A stretch of 64,000 nucleotides of DNA from assembly GCA_963664245.1 (NCBI GenBank), contig OY760934.1, forward strand, positions 2,300,376 to 2,364,375, given 5' to 3'. This document shows, piece by piece, positions 58,044-64,000 of this stretch. The DNA comes from Bacteroidales bacterium (GTDB taxonomy: Bacteria; Bacteroidota; Bacteroidia; Bacteroidales; GCA-2711565). Below the pieces are notes generated by a model, which did not search any database, had not been told where the DNA came from, and saw nothing but the letters and a program-made list of their open reading frames with translations. Each line of letters begins with the position of its first letter. Position 1 is the first letter of the stretch. The position numbers and the translations under genes are program-made.

Positions 58044-59399
58044 TTATGAATTTGAAATGATTTTATCGTAAGCATTTTCGGCCGCTTTAATTAAAGGGTA
58101 TCCGGCTGGTGATGCTGTTAACAAAGGATGTGTTCCTATTTGAGCCGTCAACAGGGAATTTAGGTTCATCCTGTTTTGAATGATAATCCCGATGGTATTG
58201 GTTAGTTCACCGGATGAAAGTCCACCAAAAACCTCACCTCCTAAAATAATACCCGATTCTTTGCCGACAATTAATTTTATTAATTGTTTGTGGGTGTCGG
58301 CGAGGGTTCCGGGATGGCGGTCGATACCTTCAAATACCCCGGTTACAATATCAAAGCCTTCTTTTTTGGCCATGCTTTCGGTTAATCCGGCAACGCCGAA
58401 ACCATTGCTGCCAAAGGCGGTAGAGAAAATAGAAATGGTTCCGTTAAACGTTTTAATGGCCGAAAGTTTGTACAGGTTCATGCCTGCAATACGAGCTTCG
58501 GCACAAGCCGTTGAGGCTAACATGATTGGACTGGGTTTGCGGGTGAAAAAGTCCCTTTTTTCAGCACAATCGCCCACGGCAAATATATTGGAATCTTCGG
58601 TACGCATGTATTCGTCTACTTTGATGTAGCCGTTTTCCGACATGGGAAGATTTGCTTTTGTTGCAAGGTTTATGTCGGGTTTGTATCCCATGGCTAAAAT
58701 AACGGCATCAGCATCAATTTTTTCTCCGTTTTCGAGCTCAACTTGTTGAACCTTTTGATTCCCGAGAATTTGTTTGATCCCGTTTCCTTTGATGATTTTT
58801 AATCCACGTTCTTCTAAAATACTTTCTACTTTACTTGCAAATTCTTCATCAAAAGCCAGGCTTAAAATATGTGGTAATTTTTCGATGAGGGTAATATCTT
58901 TACCTTTTTTTATTAATTCGTCCGAGATTTCAGCACCGATGAACCCCCCGCCGACAACAACTATTTTTTTATACTCCGATAATTTGGGGATAATATTGTC
59001 GATATAGTTTTTGTTTTTCGGGATGGTGAATACATTTTCCAGATCATGACCTTTTAACCAATGAGGTACGCTGGGAACAGAGCCCGTTCCCATGACTAGT
59101 TTTTCGTAGCTCAGTTTCTGGCCGTTTTTTAATTCAACGCAATTATTTTTACGGTCGATGTCAGAAACTTCTTCATGGATGATGTTTATGCCCATTGATT
59201 CGCACATTTTTTCGGCCGGCAAAATGTTGTTGCTTGTTGATTCAACAGATCCGAACACGTATGGAATTCCACAAGGAATAAGGGTTTGAGATTGTTTTGA
59301 AATAATAGTTACATCCTTGTTTTTATAGATTCTTTTAGCGGTAGTTGCGGCAACCAATCCGGATGCACTACTACCAATAACGATAACATCTGATTTCAT
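58044..59399 (-). CDS. FAD-dependent pyridine nucleotide-disulfide oxidoreductase, CoA-disulfide reductase/NADH oxidase-peroxidase type
   Basis: 451 aa with dinucleotide motifs VIGSSASG and VVGGGFIGAE, a single redox Cys in LIPCGIPYVFG, and GDCA. Confidence 0.8.
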   Translation of the reverse strand: MKSDVIVIGSSASGLVAATTAKRIYKNKDVTIISKQSQTLIPCGIPYVFGSVESTSNNILPAEKMCESMGINIIHEEVSDIDRKNNCVELKNGQKLSYEKLVMGTGSVPSVPHWLKGHDLENVFTIPKNKNYIDNIIPKLSEYKKIVVVGGGFIGAEISDELIKKGKDITLIEKLPHILSLAFDEEFASKVESILEERGLKIIKGNGIKQILGNQKVQQVELENGEKIDADAVILAMGYKPDINLATKANLPMSENGYIKVDEYMRTEDSNIFAVGDCAEKRDFFTRKPSPIMLASTACAEARIAGMNLYKLSAIKTFNGTISIFSTAFGSNGFGVAGLTESMAKKEGFDIVTGVFEGIDRHPGTLADTHKQLIKLIVGKESGIILGGEVFGGLSSGELTNTIGIIIQNRMNLNSLLTAQIGTHPLLTASPAGYPLIKAAENAYDKIISNS

Positions 59400-59400
59400 T

Positions 59401-59739
59401 TTAAAATTTGTTTAGTGTTTTGTTTTTAAAGGCTTTATAAGCCTGTTCAATGTTCATGTCGTTGGCTCCGATATAAATCTCAATGCCGATTTTTTCGAGG
59501 ATTTGTGCAGCATTTCCGCCAGGACCGTTTCCTGTGATTAAAATATCCGGCTTCATTTCAAATAATTTTTGAGCTGTTTTTGGACCCGCACCATGCGCTT
59601 CGTTTTCAATTTCGCGGTTATCGAAACTGTTTATTTCCTGCGTGTCTTCGTCGTATATTAACAGGTAGTCAGTTCGTCCAAAACGGGGATCTATCATTGA
59701 ATCCCACTTGTTTCCTTTGCTTGTAAATGCAATTTTCAT
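59401..59739 (-). CDS. NifX/NifB-C-terminal-type (dinitrogenase FeMo-cofactor-binding fold, MTH1175-like) protein
   Basis: 112 aa with RFGRTDYLLIYD, ITGNGPGGNA and an overall ribonuclease-H-like NifX pattern. Confidence 0.75.
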   Translation of the reverse strand: MKIAFTSKGNKWDSMIDPRFGRTDYLLIYDEDTQEINSFDNREIENEAHGAGPKTAQKLFEMKPDILITGNGPGGNAAQILEKIGIEIYIGANDMNIEQAYKAFKNKTLNKF

Positions 59740-59746
59740 CTGATTT

Positions 59747-60619
59747 TTATATTAAATGTTTAATTTTTTCAAAACTCTCTTTAATAATTTCTTTGACCTT
59801 ACCATCATCGTACTCAACAATACATTTGCCCTGTATCATTGCTTTGGTGAAGCTTTCGTTGTATGGAACAACGTTCAACAGCTCAATGTTTTCTGCAATT
59901 AAATAAGCCTTGATTGTTTGGGTATATTCCGGGTTTATATCAAATTTATTAATGATGCAGCCGGCTTTTATTTTAAACTTTTTAACCAGTTCGTAAACCC
60001 GTTGTAAATCATGAAATCCTGATTTACTGGGTTCGGTAACCAGTACCACGTAATGTGCCCCCGAAAGCGATGAAATAACCGGGCATCCGATTCCTGGGGA
60101 GCCGTCTACCAGGATGATATTTTTGCCTTCTTTTTCTGCAATTTCCCGGGCCTTTTTTTTCACTTCAGCCACCAGTTTGCCAGAATTCTCTGCAGCTATT
60201 CCGAGCTTTGCATGAACCATGTTTTGTTTGTGCTTGGTGGTTGAAATATAAAGCTGTCCCACATTGTTGCTTTTCATTTGTATGGCCTGTGTGGGACAAA
60301 CTTTTTCGCAATACCCGCAACCTTCACAATCGAGTTCGTCAACGTAGAAATTGTTTGCCGTTTCTTTTATCGCATCAAAACGGCAGATGTTTTTACAAAT
60401 CCCGCATTGGGTACATTTTTCCGGGGCAATGTTTGCAATGAACCCGCTGTAGAAATCATTTTGTTCGAGGACATTTGGTTGTAACAATAAATGTAAATCA
60501 GCGGCATCTACATCACAATCGGCCACCACAATATCGTTTATGCCAAGGCATGCAAACGAAGCGGTTATTGAGGTTTTTCCGGTGCCCCCTTTTCCTGATA
60601 TTACCACAATTTCTTTCAT
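59747..60619 (-). CDS. MinD/ParA-type P-loop ATPase with inserted 2x[4Fe-4S] ferredoxin domain
   Basis: Deviant Walker A SGKGGTGKTS, CTQCGICKNIC and CEGCGYCEKVCP. It overlaps the upstream paralog by 4 nt. Confidence 0.8.
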   Translation of the reverse strand: MKEIVVISGKGGTGKTSITASFACLGINDIVVADCDVDAADLHLLLQPNVLEQNDFYSGFIANIAPEKCTQCGICKNICRFDAIKETANNFYVDELDCEGCGYCEKVCPTQAIQMKSNNVGQLYISTTKHKQNMVHAKLGIAAENSGKLVAEVKKKAREIAEKEGKNIILVDGSPGIGCPVISSLSGAHYVVLVTEPSKSGFHDLQRVYELVKKFKIKAGCIINKFDINPEYTQTIKAYLIAENIELLNVVPYNESFTKAMIQGKCIVEYDDGKVKEIIKESFEKIKHLI

Positions 60620-61482
60620 CTTGCTCCCTCCTGGTTTAATTCAAAAACCTGTTGTTTGATGGATTCGAAAACTGCTGGTATGCCAGGTATTTTATCATAA
60701 AATAATTCTCCTTTCGAGTATAATTCGGCAATGTTCCGGTCGTGTTTAATTTTGGCTAGGATGGCGATGTTTTCTTTCCGGCAGTATTTTTCCACTTCAT
60801 CGTTCCCGATCCCGTCGCGGTTTATAACCACCCCCATTTTTTTCTTTAATTTTTTAACGGTTTCTATGGCTAGTTTTAAATCGTGAAAACCAAAAGGAGT
60901 CGGTTCGGTAACCAAAATAACAAAATCAACCTTTTTAATGGTTTCGATAACCGGGCAGGATGTTCCCGGCGGGGCATCAAATATCACAATTGCCGAATTG
61001 TTGAAATGGTTTTCAATATAATCAACACTTTGGGCAATAAGCGGAACAGCTTGTTCCTGGCCGATCATCAAACGACTTTCGATAAAATTAAGTGTATTGT
61101 TTTTAAAATGACGGAGCTCTCCTATTTTTTCGGTAATCATGGGTAGAGAACCGGTAGGGCATAATTCTGAGCAAGCAAAACAACTGTGGCACAATTGAGG
61201 GAAAACGGAAATGTGTTTTCCCAGTTGTATAATTGCATTAAAATTGCAGTTTTTCTGGCAATTTCCACAGTAGGTACAATTGTCTTCTACCCATTCAGGA
61301 ACCATTTTAAATTTATCTTCGGTGTTTACCAGGTTTCCCTGGATAAACAAACCGGAATTGGGTTCCTCAACATCTAAATCAGCTAAAATTACGTCGGAAG
61401 ATTTTGACAAAAACGAAGCAAAATTTGTTGACAGGCTCGTTTTTCCTGTTCCTCCTTTTCCGCTGGCAATGGCTATTTTCAC
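60616..61482 (-). CDS. MinD/ParA-type P-loop ATPase with inserted 2x[4Fe-4S] ferredoxin domain (paralog)
   Basis: Deviant Walker A SGKGGTGKTS, CTYCGNCQKNC and CHSCFACSELCP. It overlaps the upstream gene by 4 nt. Confidence 0.8.
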   Translation of the reverse strand: MKIAIASGKGGTGKTSLSTNFASFLSKSSDVILADLDVEEPNSGLFIQGNLVNTEDKFKMVPEWVEDNCTYCGNCQKNCNFNAIIQLGKHISVFPQLCHSCFACSELCPTGSLPMITEKIGELRHFKNNTLNFIESRLMIGQEQAVPLIAQSVDYIENHFNNSAIVIFDAPPGTSCPVIETIKKVDFVILVTEPTPFGFHDLKLAIETVKKLKKKMGVVINRDGIGNDEVEKYCRKENIAILAKIKHDRNIAELYSKGELFYDKIPGIPAVFESIKQQVFELNQEGAR

Positions 61483-61964
61483 TTTTTTCGTAATATGGTT
61501 TGTTCGGGAACCTTTTGTCCGTTAAAATGTTTATCAACCCAACCGGAGTTTACGTTTTTGCGTTCATCAAAATGTTTAACAAAAGGCTTGATGTCCAGAA
61601 CTGGTGTGCCGTCAAAAACATCTACTTCTGAGAAGTAGAGTTTATGGTTTTCGATTATATTAATTTTTACAATGGAGAACCCGATTTTATTTGGCCGGTG
61701 CGGGCTCCTGATGGCAAAAATGCCATGCTTAACAGGCTCCAAAAATGGTTGCCCGACCAAGGTTGTTTTATCGGTTTGGTGAAAATAATAAATCAAAATA
61801 GCATGCGAAAACCCCTCCAGATCAAGAAGCCCTTCGGTAAATTCTTCCTTTAAGATACAACAGGCCTCGGTTTCGGGTTTAAAGCAACCCTGAATGGGCA
61901 TGTCTTTCGTCTCTTTATAAGGCGATTCAATGAATCCGATAGGTTCAAAACATATCTTTTCCAT
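61479..61964 (-). CDS. TsaA/TrmO-family (UPF0066) SAM-dependent methyltransferase-fold protein
   Basis: 161 aa with IGFIESPY, HRPNKIGFSIV and DGTPVLDIKPF. Confidence 0.75.
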   Translation of the reverse strand: MEKICFEPIGFIESPYKETKDMPIQGCFKPETEACCILKEEFTEGLLDLEGFSHAILIYYFHQTDKTTLVGQPFLEPVKHGIFAIRSPHRPNKIGFSIVKINIIENHKLYFSEVDVFDGTPVLDIKPFVKHFDERKNVNSGWVDKHFNGQKVPEQTILRKK

Positions 61965-61970
61965 GGACTG

Positions 61971-62309
61971 TTAGTGGTCGCAAAGGTTCTCTCCGGTTTT
62001 TAATTGATTGTTTAAGTAATCTGAAACTAATTGCTTGGGACTTCCTGCACCTACACCCATACACACGGCAATGTTGTTTTGTGTGAAAAGGTCTTGTGCT
62101 TTTTGGCCCATTCCGCCGGCAATAATAACATTTACGCCTTGCTCGGCTAAATACCTGGGATAAACCCCGGGTTGGTGAACCGGTGGGGTAATGCTTTGTT
62201 CGTTAGTGATTGTTCCGTTTTCGGTATCAATAATTGCAAATTTTTCGCAATGTCCGAAATGGGCGGTTAGTTCTCCGTTTAATGTTGGTATGGCAAATCT
62301 TTTATTCAT
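61971..62309 (-). CDS. NifX/NifB-C-terminal-type (MTH1175-like) protein
   Basis: 112 aa with HFGHCEKFAIID and VIIAGGMGQKA. Confidence 0.75.
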   Translation of the reverse strand: MNKRFAIPTLNGELTAHFGHCEKFAIIDTENGTITNEQSITPPVHQPGVYPRYLAEQGVNVIIAGGMGQKAQDLFTQNNIAVCMGVGAGSPKQLVSDYLNNQLKTGENLCDH

Positions 62310-62310
62310 G

Positions 62311-62493
62311 TTATTTATTTTTTAATAGTTCTTCCCTTATCATTGTTTTTCCACAGTTGGGGCATTTTAAAGTGGTGCATTTGACCCCTTTTTGATGAGG
62401 TATTTTGGTTCCGCATTTCGCGCAGATACAAAATCCTCCGGGACCAAATGCCCCGCCTTTGTTTTTTCCTTTTCCAGGATTGTTATTTTGCAT
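62311..62493 (-). CDS. 60-aa Gly/Lys-rich, Cys-rich zinc-ribbon-like mini-protein
   Basis: [10 protein letters not shown]....[10 protein letters not shown]. It overlaps the upstream stop by 11 nt and ends 1 nt before the next gene. Confidence 0.55.
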   Translation of the reverse strand: MQNNNPGKGKNKGGAFGPGGFCICAKCGTKIPHQKGVKCTTLKCPNCGKTMIREELLKNK

Positions 62494-62785
62494 TTTTCGA
62501 CTCTAAATCTTTTAACCTGGATTCAAGCACAGAAATATGATCTTTGAACCGTTGGATTTCGTTTCTAAGATCACTTTCGTTGATTTCATTTTCGGGATAA
62601 TTTCTTCTGAAACCTCTTCCAAACCCTAAAAATGAGCGATGATACCTGCGGTTTCTGAACCCTCTTCCCATTCTTCCGAATGACTGGGTTTCGTATCCTG
62701 CCGAATCGTACCCGGCACAATATCCTAATTTTTTTCCGCTTAATGGACCTTTACCTTCCGGCCCTGTTTTGTTTCCTGCTGGCAT
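62483..62785 (-). CDS. DUF5320-like protein (Gly/Arg-rich N-half, coiled-coil C-half)
   Basis: Start trimmed to ATG 62785 ([26 protein letters not shown]...GRGFRN...), with a C-terminal heptad-like [23 protein letters not shown]. Confidence 0.6.
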   Translation of the reverse strand: MPAGNKTGPEGKGPLSGKKLGYCAGYDSAGYETQSFGRMGRGFRNRRYHRSFLGFGRGFRRNYPENEINESDLRNEIQRFKDHISVLESRLKDLESKNAK

Positions 62786-63242
62786 AATGACCTCCTTTTT
62801 TTTGATTTCTGTTTGCACAACATCTGCCGTGACCAAAACCGCCTGCCAGGTTTAAAATGTTTTTTGAATGGCAGGACGGGCATTCTGAAACTGTTTCATG
62901 AATGTTTATATTGAACAAATGTCCACAACTTTTACATCGGATGATGTTTTTTCGGAAATGAACATTGCCCCCGTCAATGAAAAGCATTTTCCCGTCGATG
63001 ATTAATTCCGACACTTTTTTCCGTGCCTGTTCTATTAAACGTGTAAAAGTAGAGCGGGATATTTCCATTTCTTCCGAAGCTTCTTCGTGCGATAAACCAA
63101 GTTTATCAGCTAATCGGAGTGCTTCAAATTCATCCAATGATAAATTTACTTCTTCAAGCATGCTTCCTTTTACCCCTGTTGGTTTAAATTCGTTAAACAA
63201 AGGGGGCTCTTGTACTATCCGGTTGTTTTTTGGTCGAGGCAT
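62751..63242 (-). CDS. DUF134 (UPF0251) family putative DNA-binding regulator with C-terminal CxxC...CxxC zinc ribbon
   Basis: MPRPKNNR...LSLDEFEALRLAD..GLSHEEASEEMEISRSTFTRLIEQARKKV, a sigma70 region-4-like HTH, followed by CKSCGH...CPSCHS. It is the first gene of the operon. Confidence 0.75.
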   Translation of the reverse strand: MPRPKNNRIVQEPPLFNEFKPTGVKGSMLEEVNLSLDEFEALRLADKLGLSHEEASEEMEISRSTFTRLIEQARKKVSELIIDGKMLFIDGGNVHFRKNIIRCKSCGHLFNINIHETVSECPSCHSKNILNLAGGFGHGRCCANRNQKKGGHYASRKQNRAGR

Positions 63243-63259
63243 AATAAATATTTATACCA

Positions 63260-63267
63260 CAAAAGTA
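63260..63267 (-). promoter_or_regulatory. Bacteroidota -7 promoter box TACTTTTG for the DUF134-led operon
   Basis: The minus strand reads TACTTTTG (matches TAnnTTTG), with 17 nt between the box and the ATG at 63242. The palindrome ACATATGT lies just upstream at 63272-63279. Confidence 0.45.
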
Positions 63268-63313
63268 ATGAACATATGTGCAAAAAGCAATAGTGCAGTA
63301 AAATTTTTTTAGC

Positions 63314-63400
63314 ATGAAGTTTTGCAACGATTTGCTGAATAAAAAATGTATCCTTGTTCAGAAAGGGAAGAAGAACTATTTTTCAGTGAAAGTTATATAA
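63314..63400 (+). pseudogene. remnant copy of the tyrS 3' end (28 codons)
   Basis: 63329-63400 aligns with tyrS 55607-55678 at 58/72 nt and 19/23 aa ([23 protein letters not shown] versus [23 protein letters not shown]). Confidence 0.7.
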
Positions 63401-63405
63401 TGATC

Positions 63406-63448
63406 GCTGAGCGGAGTCGAAGCGTCATTTCGACTTCGCTCAATGACC
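63406..63448. repeat. inverted pair of REP-like units forming a 14-bp hairpin; probable convergent terminator of cysS and the ancestral tyrS
   Basis: TGAGCGGAGTCGAA (63408-63421) pairs with TTCGACTTCGCTCA (63429-63442), with one G-U pair and a 7-nt loop. 18 nt (63406-63423) are the exact reverse complement of 41031-41048. Confidence 0.7.
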
Positions 63449-63453
63449 ATTCT

Positions 63454-64000
63454 TTATTCTTTATTCTTTAATGCCTCATCAAAGATCTTTTTAATCATAT
63501 CTTTGAATTTATAACTTACACCATCCTTTTCGTCTAAAACTATAATTCCTTGTTCCGCTAGTTTATTTCTAATTTCATCTGCAGCCTCCCAATCCCTTCT
63601 TTCTTTTGCACTTTTACGGATTTTGCTTAAAACTTCCATCAATTTATCAGAGAGTTCATCATTAGCTGAATTAATTTTTTCTGTTTTTAATCCTAAAATC
63701 TCAAATACAAAATCATTGAAAAGTTGCTTAAGCAAATCAATATCTTCCTGTTTCAGGCTGGCTTTGCCATCGTTCACCGAGTTGATCCATTTTACGCCTT
63801 CAAATAAATGGGCAATCAAAATCGGGCTGTTAAAATCGTCGTTTAAGGCAGCATAGGCTTTTTCTTTTAGTTTGGCGAAATTATAATCAGACGTTTCTCC
63901 GGCTTTTAGTTTGTTAATGGTTTCAACGGCTTTCAATAATTTAGTCAGTCCTTTTTCGGCAGCTACCAAAGCTTCATTTGAAAAATCAAGCGTACTCCTG
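63454..64000 (-). CDS. cysS: cysteine--tRNA ligase, C-terminal part (gene continues beyond window end)
   Basis: The frame stays open to base 64000 (...FSNEALVAAEKGL...). It has LNDDFNSP and the C-terminal RRDWEAADEIRNKLAEQGI pattern typical of CysRS. Confidence 0.8.
   Translation of the reverse strand, partial: RSTLDFSNEALVAAEKGLTKLLKAVETINKLKAGETSDYNFAKLKEKAYAALNDDFNSPILIAHLFEGVKWINSVNDGKASLKQEDIDLLKQLFNDFVFEILGLKTEKINSANDELSDKLMEVLSKIRKSAKERRDWEAADEIRNKLAEQGIIVLDEKDGVSYKFKDMIKKIFDEALKNKE

Larger units (their letters stand above)
55679..63313. other. putative inserted gene block (islet) bounded by the tyrS 3' end and its displaced, diverged copy
   Basis: The tyrS 3' end at 55592-55678 and the remnant at 63314-63400 are direct, diverged copies. 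Between them lie only one 13-gene minus-strand operon, its promoter and a terminator. No recombinase gene is seen. Confidence 0.5.

Noticed and set aside
55679-63313. Calling the 7.6-kb block a mobile element (ICE, IME or prophage remnant)
   Set aside because: It contains no integrase, transposase, relaxase or phage gene, and shows no obvious compositional contrast. Only the duplicated tyrS end supports insertion, so I labelled it an islet of unknown mechanism.
1-64000. CRISPR arrays, tRNA/rRNA genes and known riboswitches
   Set aside because: I saw no regularly spaced direct repeats. No intergenic segment showed tRNA-like T-loop or acceptor features or rRNA-like sequence. This is a by-eye scan only, so tRNAscan and Infernal should confirm it.

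Overview
This window looks like a chromosomal segment of a low-GC Bacteroidota-type genome. Supporting signs are Bacteroidota -7 promoter boxes (TAnnTTTG) in front of many genes, a propeller protein with a T9SS C-terminal sorting domain, a GH3-family gene and a BlaR1::TonB fusion. Flavodoxin, hemerythrin, CoA-transferases and many Fe-S genes suggest an anaerobic or microaerophilic lifestyle. There are about 60 protein genes, mostly ordinary housekeeping: recJ, hemW, pgk, trkAH, ispG, recO, lipBA, lysS, tyrS, tatA, partial cysS, an Mla-type ABC transporter, LPS-core glycosyltransferases, murein transglycosylases and three adjacent secreted Zn-peptidases. I recognised no rRNA, tRNA, CRISPR array, transposase or integrase. 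Two accessory spots stand out. (1) 55755-63242 is a 13-gene, single-strand, almost gap-free operon with no assigned function as a system. It encodes a DUF134 regulator, DUF5320, a Cys-rich mini-protein, two NifX/NifB-like cluster carriers, a TsaA/TrmO-like protein, two MinD-type ATPases with 2x[4Fe-4S] inserts, a CoA-disulfide-reductase-like flavoprotein, VOC, MBL, a DUF4405 membrane protein and a CGGC protein. It lies between the end of tyrS and a diverged 87-nt copy of that same tyrS end (63314-63400), so it looks like an insertion into the tyrS terminus. (2) 39661-40871 is a strongly AT-rich, translationally coupled two-gene cassette: a 146-aa unknown protein plus a DUF1828/DUF1829-like protein. 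It is wedged between the CoA-transferase genes and lipB, next to a mosaic of GC-rich hairpin repeats, and is a candidate toxin-antitoxin or defence-like module. All functional calls come from motif recognition by eye; no searches were run.
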